64,000 nucleotides of DNA, from positions 25,828 through 89,827 of the IMG/VR virus record IMGVR_UViG_3300036826_000588; one strand, 5' to 3'. The DNA comes from a virus. The position numbers and the translations under genes were made by a program. Each line of letters begins with the position of its first letter. The first letter of the stretch is position 1. This document shows positions 40,536 to 50,377 of this stretch, in pieces. The notes beneath the pieces were generated by a model. It worked only from the letters and a program-made list of their open reading frames with translations. It did not search any database and was not told where the DNA came from.

Positions 40536-40792
40536 CGGTCACTAGCGACCGAAACGATGCGCACCTCGCGCGCGCCTGCTGGTGTGCGGAAGCGTACGTT
40601 CTCGCCCGCCTGGTGATCCATCAGCGCACGGGCGAGGGGTGACTTCTCGCTGAGGTAGCCACGCAGCGGAGCCGCTTCAGGCGGTGCGACGATGGTGTAA
40701 CGCTCCTCCTCGGTTTCTCCAATGCCCATCACTACGACGGTGGATCCCGAGGTGATGACCTCCCTGTCTTCTACTACGGCGGTTCCGCTCAT
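40532..40792 (-). CDS. GreA/GreB C-terminal domain protein
   Basis: YTIVAPPEA...LSEKSPLARALM...TPAG. Confidence 0.8.
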   Translation of the reverse strand: MSGTAVVEDREVITSGSTVVVMGIGETEEERYTIVAPPEAAPLRGYLSEKSPLARALMDHQAGENVRFRTPAGAREVRIVSVASDR

Positions 40793-41116
40793 CGATACCT
40801 CGCAAGGGGCCCTTCGTAGCCGCTGGAACTCGGCCACGTGCCCGCCATGCGATATGTGCTGTTGCGCCGCCGCGAGCGACAGCCGCTTCGCATCACCCTT
40901 CGAGGTGCGCGAACCCGCTCTTGCTCCTGGTCCCAGCAAGCAGCGCGTCAGCAGGGTTCAATCGTTACGACCCTGTTGCGGAAAGGCAAGGCCACCTGGC
41001 AGGCCAAGTTCGAGGCCAGATTGCACCGCGCGCACGGATCAGCGGTTCGGGTTACACTGCTCTACGCCGTTCGTGGGTAGGGAAAGGGCCTTTAATCAAA
41101 GACCCTGGAGACGAAC

Positions 41117-42463
41117 ATGGGTGCGGCCTGGAATGGTTGGATCTCTGATAGACGGAAGGAGTTGGGGCTCTCCTGCGGGGAGTTTGCCGAGCTGTTGCGG
41201 CGCCATGGTGCCACTCATGGAGTGGACGCGCGACAGGTCGGTCGGTGGGGGCGTGGCGAGATCGAGCCCGGCCCGACCAACAGAGCAGCCCTGAGAGCTG
41301 CTCTGGGACAACCGCCCTGGGAGGCCGTGACGGAAGTCCCGAAATCTTCGGACACACAAGCGGATATCCGCTGTGGTTTACTCACCGCCGTGGAACGACG
41401 CGACTTTCTGGCGGCGTGTGCCGCTGCGGGGTTGGGGTTGCCAGCAGACCAGCTACATAGGCTGCTGGGGTCGGTAGCAAGGGAATCGGCCGTTCACGCG
41501 GCCGAGACGGAACTCTCCAACGTGGGACCGGTGGCGCTGGAGCAGCTCCGCGAGGACGTGAGTCGACTGGCTCACGCGTACGTCGCGGGACCCCCACAGC
41601 CTCTCATCGCTGAGATGATCCTCACGCTGGACGAGGTGAAACGGCGGCTGAAAGGCCACCAGTGGCCGGCGCAGACCGCCGACCTGTACCTGCTCGTCGG
41701 GCAGCTTCAGTGCCTCTTGGCCAACGCCAGCCTCGACTTCGGCGACCTCGGCTCGGCGGCCACCCAGGCACGTTCGGCTTGGGCATACGGCGAGGTGATC
41801 GGCCACGATGGCCTCCGGGCCTTCGCCCGGGGGATGGAGTCCATGATCGCCCGCTGGGCCGGCCGGCCGGCGGAGGCGGCGGAGCTGGCCCGCTCCGGTC
41901 AGATGTACGCCTCTTCGGGCACGCCGCGCGCTCGCCTCTACGCGCTCGAAGCGCGCGCCCTGGGCAGCATGGGGGCGGCCGAAGAGGTGGCGTTAGCCAT
42001 CGCCCGGGCGGAGGAAGCTCTTGGTCTTGGACATGATGATCTACACGACGGCGTCCGCGGGGAATTTGGGCTCCCCGAGGCGCGTCTTGCCTATATAGCG
42101 GGTGGTGCGTTTACCCAAGCAGGTGACTTCCGGCGAGGAGCTGAACAGGCCGGTCGCGCCATCAATCTTTACCAGTCCGGGCCGGCGGTCGAGCGCTCGT
42201 ACGGCTGCGAGTGCCTCTCATACATCGATCGCGCGCGCGCGCACGTGGGCGATGGCGAGTTGGAGGGCGCAATCGTCGTACTCCAACCGGTCTTCCAGCT
42301 CCCGCAGACTCACCACCTGACCATCTTCGCCCACGGCATGGCCGAGCTCCAGGGGTTGTTGCGCCGTCCGGTCTACCGGAACGCCGGGCGGGCCCGCGAG
42401 CTGCTGGAGGCAATCGAGGACTTCCACGACGGCCTCCCCGCCCGGCGAGCTCTACCAGCTTGA
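41117..42463 (+). CDS. XRE-family HTH regulator with TPR-like C-terminus
   Basis: RRKELGLSCGEFA...VGRWGRGEIEP; ERRDFL; helical repeats. Confidence 0.8.
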   Translation: MGAAWNGWISDRRKELGLSCGEFAELLRRHGATHGVDARQVGRWGRGEIEPGPTNRAALRAALGQPPWEAVTEVPKSSDTQADIRCGLLTAVERRDFLAACAAAGLGLPADQLHRLLGSVARESAVHAAETELSNVGPVALEQLREDVSRLAHAYVAGPPQPLIAEMILTLDEVKRRLKGHQWPAQTADLYLLVGQLQCLLANASLDFGDLGSAATQARSAWAYGEVIGHDGLRAFARGMESMIARWAGRPAEAAELARSGQMYASSGTPRARLYALEARALGSMGAAEEVALAIARAEEALGLGHDDLHDGVRGEFGLPEARLAYIAGGAFTQAGDFRRGAEQAGRAINLYQSGPAVERSYGCECLSYIDRARAHVGDGELEGAIVVLQPVFQLPQTHHLTIFAHGMAELQGLLRRPVYRNAGRARELLEAIEDFHDGLPARRALPA

Positions 42464-42690
42464 CCCGTATCCCCGCTGCCGGAGGGCCGGGCTCCCGCGT
42501 GGGCTCGGCTCTCCCTGCCATTACTGACAGGCTTCCCTCGGGAGTGCGTGCTACAGTAGGCCCCGTCGAAGGCGTGGTGAAGGGGGCCGGGACCTGGGGT
42601 CCGGCCCCCTTGGTCGTTCCTGGAGGAACGGCGGGACACAGCAGGAGGGGCGCCGGTGCGGCCGGCGCCCCTCCTCGTCTACGGGAACGG

Positions 42691-43269
42691 TCAGAGCAGC
42701 GTTGGCTGAGACGTTGCGAGGTCGTTTGCAGGAACGGCGGGCGCCGGCATGGTCAGGGCCTGTACGAGGAAGTTCGCGACGACGGGTGCGATGCCTGCGT
42801 GAGCGTTGCCGGCGACGTTGAGGGTCTTGATGCGGTTGCGGTGCAGCCACACGGGGAACTCGATCAGCTCCACTCCGTGGGCCCACACCTCGAACGTCTC
42901 CCCGTCCCACTCGTTGCGCATGGGGTCGTACCCGGGACGGGTCAGAACGATGTCGTAGTGGGGCTTCCCGAGCTGGCGGCAGCAGCGGAGGGTGAGGCGT
43001 TCGCCCGCGCTGTCGAAGTCATACGCGAACCGCACGGTGCCGTCCGAGTGCTCGACGTTGAGCCTGGTGCGGTACTGGTATCCCCACTCAGGGGTCTCCG
43101 TGAGGCCATACAGCGCGACGAGATCCGGACGTTGGCCGTTCGCGGTACGGCCGCCGCGGGGGATGTAGCCGCCTGTCTCCAGGCCGAGCTGACGGAAGGC
43201 GCGAAGCCCACCCTCGTCAGCGCCGATCTGGCACCCCGAGATCCCCTTGCGGACGAGCAGCTCAGTCAC
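42691..43269 (-). CDS. SLOG-superfamily putative molybdenum-carrier-like protein
   Basis: ISGCQIGADEGGL, GGYIPRG, YRTRLNVEHSDGT, LNVAGN. Confidence 0.85.
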   Translation of the reverse strand: MTELLVRKGISGCQIGADEGGLRAFRQLGLETGGYIPRGGRTANGQRPDLVALYGLTETPEWGYQYRTRLNVEHSDGTVRFAYDFDSAGERLTLRCCRQLGKPHYDIVLTRPGYDPMRNEWDGETFEVWAHGVELIEFPVWLHRNRIKTLNVAGNAHAGIAPVVANFLVQALTMPAPAVPANDLATSQPTLL

Positions 43270-43555
43270 GAGGGGAGTCTTCCCAGCCCATCGGCTCCTC
43301 GGCAATGGCCGCCTCGTGCGCGGCGATTTCCCGGCCGGCGAATTCGTCGTACAGCTCCTCCATGTCCATGCCGGTCATGGCGCAGATGGCGCGCATGATG
43401 CCCTGCCGGTACTCCGTCGCGAGATCCCTCTTCACTCGGTCCTCGGCGTTTCGGACCCGTATGCGGCGGGCGCGCGCGAAGGCGTCATCCAGCAGTTCGA
43501 TCGCAGCAGGGGTGAGGGGGGCCGGCTTTGGCTTCTCGGTGGCGGCATCGTTCAT
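43262..43555 (-). CDS. hypothetical protein (leaderless)
   Basis: TACAAT-N7-ATG. Confidence 0.6.
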   Translation of the reverse strand: MNDAATEKPKPAPLTPAAIELLDDAFARARRIRVRNAEDRVKRDLATEYRQGIMRAICAMTGMDMEELYDEFAGREIAAHEAAIAEEPMGWEDSPRD

Positions 43556-43686
43556 GCCAGCTATTGTAACACTACCGCCGTTGCTGTGCAGGGGTGCGCG
43601 CGGCTCGATGCGTTTCCCCCGCTTGGCTGAGATTCACCAGCCGCGAGCCGCACGCCAGGCTATTATACCGAACAACAGTTCGGGGG

Positions 43687-43714
43687 TTGCGTTCCGCGGC
43701 GGTATCGTTATAAT
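43687..43714 (+). promoter_or_regulatory. sigma70 promoter driving the ncRNA array
   Basis: TTGCGT-N16-TATAAT in an otherwise GC-rich region. Confidence 0.75.
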
Positions 43715-44423
43715 TGGAGGCGTCGGGCGGGGCGCGGCTCCGATCGAAGGAACCTCCGCCCCGACAAGAACCTTCCAAAGTGAAGACCGACTCCCCCGGG
43801 AAGGGGAGGTGCACCGCATGGCCCTGGCGCCAACGGCAGGGTGTGAGGTAGCTGAACTGGCTATCCTTGCACCTGACAGGGGGCGGCCGTGGATAGTCGG
43901 CAAGGGACAAGCACCCCACCCCTTCCCGGGGGACCAACTTTGACTTCACCCCCGCAGCCATGCTCGGTGGAGGCGCGAGGAGGGCTTGCCCTCCTCGCCC
44001 GCCCCGAGCGGCGCGGGTGTTATATGAGGGACTGGGAGCGCCCGCAAGCCCCGTTGCGGGAGTAGAGCTGAAAGGGCAGGCCCGCTCGCGGCGCCGGTCG
44101 GTTCTCCCAGGTACAGCCTGGGCGCCTCCCGGCACTCCCTCATCGACCTCCCAGGGGAGGGGAGCCACTCGACGTGACCGACGGAAATGCGAGCGCTGCC
44201 GCAGTGCTGTGCGGCCAACAGCGAAGTGCACGCGCCGAGGTCATAGGACTGGAACGGGGGATGCACGTACTCCCTGAAGGCCAGTTCAGATCGCGGGGTG
44301 GAAGGGTCATGGGTTACGGCCGACCCTCCGCCCCCGGTCACGTCGGGGATGGCCTCCCGAGGAACCGGGGATTGGCCGCGTGGAACCCGTCCGCCACAGG
44401 GATCGGGGTAACGCGGTAGCGGT

Positions 44424-44503
44424 GGATGCAGGTGGTCGCAAGGGGAGCACGCCCCTCGCAAGGGGGAAGTGACCCGTTCGAATCGGGTCTCTGTATCCGT
44501 CCA
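44424..44503 (+). ncRNA. tRNA-like element (9-bp acceptor-like stem, 6-bp T-stem)
   Basis: GGATGCAGG/TCTGTATCC; GACCCG-TTCGAAT-CGGGTC; CTCGCAA loop; ends GTCCA. Confidence 0.6.
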
Positions 44504-44509
44504 ACCGCT

Positions 44510-44589
44510 GGGGCACAGAAGGGTTCGACGGGGCTGAACGCCGAAGTGCACGGCTCCGGAGGTCGGTTCGACACCGACGTGCTCCACCA
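44510..44589 (+). ncRNA. mini-tmRNA (tRNA-like domain only)
   Basis: GGGGCAC/GTGCTCC-A-CCA with G3-U70; stemless D-loop ending GGTTCGAC; helix 2a GGGGCTG/CGGCTCC; GGAG linker; T-arm. Confidence 0.8.
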
Positions 44590-44954
44590 ACGTGATCTCG
44601 GATCAGAGGCCGGGAAGCTGCGAAAGCCCGTGGGCGTGCTGGGCACTGGCCTGGTGAGCGGCGCCGGCCTCCGATCCGGGGGCACCCGGAACGAGAGGCG
44701 CTGGTTCCCGTAACGGCAAGAGGGCAGAGCCCGGTCAGACGTCACCGGTGACGCGCCCCACCAGCTTCGACGGCAGTCGGGAAAGAGCGTGGAGCGGCTC
44801 GGCCGGCGCCTCTCACTCAACCTTCGTACGCAAAGGGCGGGACAGCCCAAAGCGGATGGGGCCCCGGGGCCGGCAAAGTCCGGCCCCGCCTCCCGCTGGG
44901 AGCTGGTGAGTTCTGTGGCGGGCCTCGCCGGTTCCCAACGGGTGGAGAGAAAGG

Positions 44955-45000
44955 GCAGAGCCCGGGTGCACATCGGATGCGCCCGGGCTCTCTGCGTTTC
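44955..45000. terminator. strong hairpin where plus- and minus-strand transcription converge
   Basis: GAGCCCGGGTGCA-N7-TGCGCCCGGGCTC. Confidence 0.6.
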
Positions 45001-45489
45001 AAGCGCGCGCGCGGATGCTGTCCACGTACCGCGTCAGCCCAACCCACGCCACTCCGGCGTGCCGGTTCGCGTACTCGACGCCGCGGCGGGCGTCAGCGTG
45101 CTCGCGCATGCGGACCGTGGCGCCGGCCGCCCACTCCTGGTCCAGGCCACCATCAGGCCCGAGCAGCAGCTCGATGTCCTCCAGGTCCATCAGGGGCAGA
45201 CCCTGCGGGCACGCCACGGGGATCGAGCGCTTCGCATCCCAGCCGGCTTCGTAGACCGCGTGCAGCGCCGCTCGTGCGCCCGTGCAGGCAACGCAGCCGG
45301 CGGCGTGTCGCAGCCAATCCAAAGGGCCGGGCCCCGAGGATCCGAGAACGCGGAGACGTGGCCGCTCCTCCTGGTCCCCCAGAAGGGGGAGCTGACTGAA
45401 TGTCGCTGCTGCAACTGCCATCTCTGCCGCCTTGTCGTATTGGCTGTTGAGCCATACAGTACAACAAGACGGCGCATGCGGCTACTGCT

Positions 45490-46452
45490 TCAGATCGAAA
45501 CCTTGCTCGCGGCGTTGTTGTCGAACAGCCCACGGCGGATGTAGCCGCCCGCGACACGGGAGGACTTCCAGCGTCCCTGGGCCATGATCGCCGCCAGGCT
45601 GGCACCTCCAGCGTCTGCGCTGGTCGCCATGCCGGCCCGCAGGCTGTGGCCGGCGTAGTCGGCCGGATCCAGGCCGATGCGCCGGCAGCCACGCTTCACG
45701 ATGAGCGCAACCGCTTCTGGGGTCATTCGGTCTTCGCCGACGTGGTCCCACCTGCTGACCGGGTGCCAGATGGCACCTGAGTTGATGCCGGCGCCGTCGA
45801 GCCAGGCGCGCAGGGCTCGCACCGGGCACGTGGCCGCGTCCGAGCGCCGTGGTACCGCCACACGCTGGCCCAGGGCCTCCTGGTCGGTCTTGCTCCGCCC
45901 CAGGAGGATCACCAGGCCGTCCTCCAGCCACTCAACGTCCTCGACGTCCTGGCCGGCCAGCTCCGAGCGCCGGAAGCCGCCGAGCAGGCCGACGAGCAGC
46001 AGCGCTCGATCGCGGCGGCCGGCGTGCGTGTCGGTGGGGACCTCTTCCAGCAGCAGGCGGAGCTGCTTGCCGGTCAACGCCTTCTTCGGCTTGGGCGCGC
46101 CGCCCTTCTGGCGCCGGATGCCGGCCATCACCTCCTGGACCCGCCGGTCACGGGTGGGGGAGTTGTGGCCGGCCGTCTCGTGCGCCTTCGCCAGCGCCGC
46201 GAGCCGGCGGCTGATGGTCGCCGTGCTTCGTCCGAGCTGGGCCAGGTGGGTGATGTAGCCCGCCACCGTCGCCGGGGCGGCCGGAAGTGGATTGCGGCGC
46301 CGCTCGGCGCACCAGGCGATGAAGCTCTCCCAGTCGCTGGTGTATGCGCGCCGGGTGTTCCCGGCCACAGCGGCGGCCGCGTACTCGGCCATCTGGTGCG
46401 CGAGCGCGGCCGACATGGGGTGCTCGGCGCGTTGCGCCAGCTCCTCGGTCAT
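45490..46452 (-). CDS. Cre-like tyrosine recombinase
   Basis: SAM-like N-terminus; RDRALLL..FRRSEL, SKTDQ, GHSLRAG, GRW, YIR (R-K-H-R-W-Y intact). Confidence 0.9.
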   Translation of the reverse strand: MTEELAQRAEHPMSAALAHQMAEYAAAAVAGNTRRAYTSDWESFIAWCAERRRNPLPAAPATVAGYITHLAQLGRSTATISRRLAALAKAHETAGHNSPTRDRRVQEVMAGIRRQKGGAPKPKKALTGKQLRLLLEEVPTDTHAGRRDRALLLVGLLGGFRRSELAGQDVEDVEWLEDGLVILLGRSKTDQEALGQRVAVPRRSDAATCPVRALRAWLDGAGINSGAIWHPVSRWDHVGEDRMTPEAVALIVKRGCRRIGLDPADYAGHSLRAGMATSADAGGASLAAIMAQGRWKSSRVAGGYIRRGLFDNNAASKVSI

Positions 46453-49400
46453 CGCCAGTCGACCTCCACCTCGTTGCCCCCGAGACGCTCGTAGATGTCC
46501 CGAGCCCAGCCGCGGCGGTCGGAGCTGACGGCCTCGACCCACGCGATGCGGAGTTCGTCCTCGCTGAACGCTCCCCTCTCCTCCTCGCAGGCGACCATGA
46601 AGCGCGCCAGCGTCGGGATCGGGGACGGCCCGGAGCGTCCCGGTCGGCTGGACTTGGTGGCATCGCCCATGCCGCTATTGTAGCGGTATCGCTGACGCCG
46701 GGCGTCCGAAGTGGGGGGCTGGCGGGGGATAGGCGCGCCCGAAGGCACCACAGTCAGGGCAGTTGAAGCGGAAGCCCTCGACGGCGGCCGCTTTCACCTG
46801 GACGCCTGCCACCGGCGCAAGCCCGGTCACCACCAAGCCTGCGGTCACGGTGCAGTTGCGTTCGCCGCAGTTCGGGCACGGCGGAAGCGTAGCGTCGTTG
46901 TCAGCCATCAGACCCTCCCGTCGCGAACTGGTGGTGCGGGCACTTCCCGGGCCACCCGCACGTGCAGCCGCGGTAGTGGCCGTGCACGTCGGCGCTGCGC
47001 AGCTCGCCGCATTCGGCGCACGCCGTCTCGGGCAGGAACCGCAGGCTGTCATCGGCGACCTGGAGGCGGATCTCTGGCGGCGCTCCGAAGAGTTGAGCGT
47101 TCTTGGTCGTAAGCGCCCGGACCGTGACCGTGCCCGGCATCTGGAAGGCGGCGTGGGGGTCGAACATCACGCGGGCGCCGGCCGGCAGGACGCCCAGGTC
47201 ACCGCTGGTCAGGAAGATCGCAAACACTGGCGTCGCGACCGTACGCCAGTCGTCGCCTGCGGTGTCTGGCGTCATCGCGCCGCCGCCCTGGCCGCCGCGG
47301 CCGCCCGGATCAACGTTGCGTGGCGGGCCACCTCGCCGGTGGGCAGGATCATCCAGGCCGCGTAGTTGCCGAACCTGGCGGCCGATGTGGTCCACACGTG
47401 CCGGAACGCCTCGAACTGGTCCGGGCTGATCCAGCCCAGGCGATGCCACTCCTCCACCTGGGCCAGCGTAGCGTTGGCCAGGTAGTGCGCATCGCACTCC
47501 TCGCACCGGCCGAGGAAGTGGTTGGTGTCGGCGCCGGGCAGGTAGTGGGTGCTCAAGCGGTGGCTCCGGTCACGAGCAGGTCGAACGGCACCCGCGGCAG
47601 CCGGCGCAGCATCTGGCCCAGTCCGTCCACGCTGGAGGCGTTGTACCAGAAGACGCGCCGGGCCCAGCCGTTGTCGGACGAGTGGTCGAACCAGACCAGC
47701 CGGGAGCCGTCGCGGCTCTGGACCCGCATGATGCACACGCCCAGCGGCGTCTTGGCGACCACTGTGCCGCCGTCGACAGCCACGTGGGTCGCATGGTAGG
47801 CGTCTGCGCAGAGATCCTCGCGCATCAACTCGTGTTCGGGCGACTCGCCGAGCGTGATGGCAGGAACGGTCCAGCGGGCCGGCAGGGCGCTCACTGCCTC
47901 GCCTCGTACTCATCGGCCACCTGGGCGGCCAACTCGAAGAACTCCCCGGGCACCTCGTATTCCTCGGGCGGGCCGAAGGCGTTGAAGTGCTGACAAGCAT
48001 CCTCGGCCAGGTGCGTCGCATCGACCGTATGGATAATCACGTGGTCAGCGGCCACGGAGCGCATGTAGCGGAGAACGGCGTCCGGGTCGAGTGGGTTGGC
48101 AGTGGCAGCGTTCATGCTCTAATTGTAGCCGCGTGCCCCGTTCAAGGCAACAGCTCTTGGAAGCCCTTGGGTCCCAGGTGCCTCCACCGCGGCCGGCCGC
48201 CCTCGACCCACACGAGATCGAAGGTCTCGTCGTGGAGGGGCTGCCGGTAGCTCCCGCTGTCGTAGTGCTCGACCATCGCGAACTGCGTGGTGTCGAGCCG
48301 GCGCGCCACCGCGGCCCAGACGTGCTCGGCGGCGTTCGTGATGCTCATGCCCGAGTTGCTGGCCAGCTCGGTCACCAGGGCGACCTGGGCGCCGTCGCGG
48401 CCGCGGTACACGCGCAGCCGGCAGTGCGTTGGCGCCTGGCTCGGGAAGGCGTACGGCGACCGGACGTAGAGGTCGGCGTCCAGCTCCGGAGCGTCGAGAG
48501 CTGCAATCGTGCTCATGGGCAAGGTGGACTCCTTCTTCAGAGGGTGGCCGTTCATGCCCCAATTATAACTCGTGATAACGGTCATTATCACGAGTTAGTA
48601 ACGGGCCGGGGGAGGAGCCTCGGAGCAGGCCGCTGTGGCCATCTAGCCGTTACGCCCATCGGCCTATCGCGGCAGCTTGCCGTTGAGCAGCATCGATCTT
48701 TTGCTCAAACTCCCGCTGCTGGATATGCCAATGCAGGCATCGGCGCTCCGGGATAATCGCCAATTGGCACAATTCGCATTGCTGTTGATGCGCCCAATCG
48801 GCCCATTGGCGACCCCACCGCCAGAGCACGACGATCAGCCGGGCCAGCGGCGGCGCCATGAGCCGGTACGCGAGCCTTCCGACGCCCGTCATGGGAGCTG
48901 GATCTCGGAATCGATTCGGGTGTCGCGCGTGAGCAAGCTTCGGCCGAGCGGCGTGATGGTCGCTCGGTTCAGCCACAGGCGTTTGTCGAGCTCCACCAGG
49001 CCGAAGGCGAACAGCCGCGCCAGGTAGACGCGTGGTCGCAGGGGCGCCGTGCTCGCCGGCCGGATGCCGGCGACGATGTAGAGCACCTCGAAGTGCTCCA
49101 GCTCCAGGTTGGCCTCGCGCCATTCGAGCTGGCCAGGACTCTGGCCGCCGCGGCCGGGTGGCCGGCTCGTCAGGTGCCACCAGCCGCAGGCCGAGCACGG
49201 GTAGATCCCACGGACCGGTGCTCCGGAGCGCCACTTCGACATCAAGGACTGAACCGCGTAGTCCAGCGACCGCTTCACCTTCCCGGAAGCCGGGCAGACA
49301 TCGCGCGTGGCGGGATCAGCGACTGGAACCCTTGGAACCCTGCCGGAGCCGCGGCTTCCTCGCCGCCGGGCACGAGTTCGCGCGGTGACCTTGGGAGCTA

Positions 49401-50377
49401 CCGGGATTCCGTAGGTGCCGAACTGGTCGACGTGACACGCCTCGCACCAGCGGAAGCGGCCGACGAGGTCGCCGTACTGCCACCGCCAGAGATGCCAGCG
49501 GCCGCCGAGTCGGCAGAGCGTTTGGCGCCGGATCCACATCCACACGTGGTAAACGGTCAGGACCATGACAAAGTGGCTCCCTTTCGGGTGTCGGCTATGA
49601 TGTGCCGCGCATGAACATGCTGCTGACCGTCTTGGCGCCTGCGATGGCCACCTCTCTGGCCTTCGCCGTTGCACGCCTGGCGCCCGCCCTGGCCGAGCGA
49701 ATCAGCCGGCCGGCCTGTACGTGTCAGCGTCCATCGGAACCCGACCAGACCGCTTCGTAGTCGGGCCCGGAACCCAAGAAAGGCTGTGAGGAGAGTCCCA
49801 TGATCGCGCGCTGCTACCTCTTCAACGGAGACGTCCTCGACATGCTGGCGCAGGACGAGGACGACGTCCGCCGCATCGGCAGGGAGATCGCTGTGCTCCA
49901 AGCACAGCAGACCCTGGGGGCCAGCATGATCGCCCAGATGAACCAGATGGGCAAGGTGCTGCGCAACGTGCTGCCGCCCGACGACATCGAGGAGCTGCTG
50001 CACGACAAGCAAGCAGCCAACGTGCTCCAGGACATCGTGTCGGCGCCGGAACCGGCGACGGAGTACGAGTACACCAAGCCCGACGGGCTGCCTGGCGTGC
50101 TCGATCCGGCCGGCTGGGCGAGCGTGCTCTATGTCGAGGCCGAAGAGGACGAGGACGAGTAGCCTCCTCCCCATCGCGATCAGTGCCCCTCCACGGCCAC
50201 TTTGGCCAGGCAGTAGAACGTGGCGCTGAGGATGCCTACGAAGAAGACCTCCCACAGGGGCACCACGCGACCGCGGGCTTCCAGGACCAGCCAAACCGCG
50301 TCCGAGGCGAGGATCGCCAGGCACACGATGGCCGCCGAGATGCGTTGGGGCCACGTGTAGCGGCGGAGTTGCGTCAC
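46449..50377 (-). other. cluster of small hypothetical CDS (mostly minus strand, several leaderless)
   Basis: 46449-46670, 47553-47894, 47891-48115, 48142-48555 and others; one plus-strand ORF at 49800-50162. Confidence 0.55.
48566..48597. promoter_or_regulatory. lox/dif-like recombination site (13-6-13 inverted repeat)
   Basis: TAACTCGTGATAA-CGGTCA-TTATCACGAGTTA; perfect arms, asymmetric spacer. Confidence 0.7.

Larger units (their letters stand above)
43722..44950 (+). ncRNA. array of about 10 consecutive structured RNA modules (or one giant ornate RNA)
   Basis: Successive modules closed by long terminal helices with G-U pairs on the + strand; no credible ORF on either strand. Confidence 0.75.

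Noticed and set aside
41390-41440. Tat signal peptides (RRDFL) in the XRE regulators
   Set aside because: The motif is internal, downstream of the HTH, and common in this cytoplasmic regulator family.
43572-44973. ORFs called across the ncRNA array
   Set aside because: Pro/Arg/Gly-rich translations with no motifs or RBS, typical of high-GC spurious ORFs.
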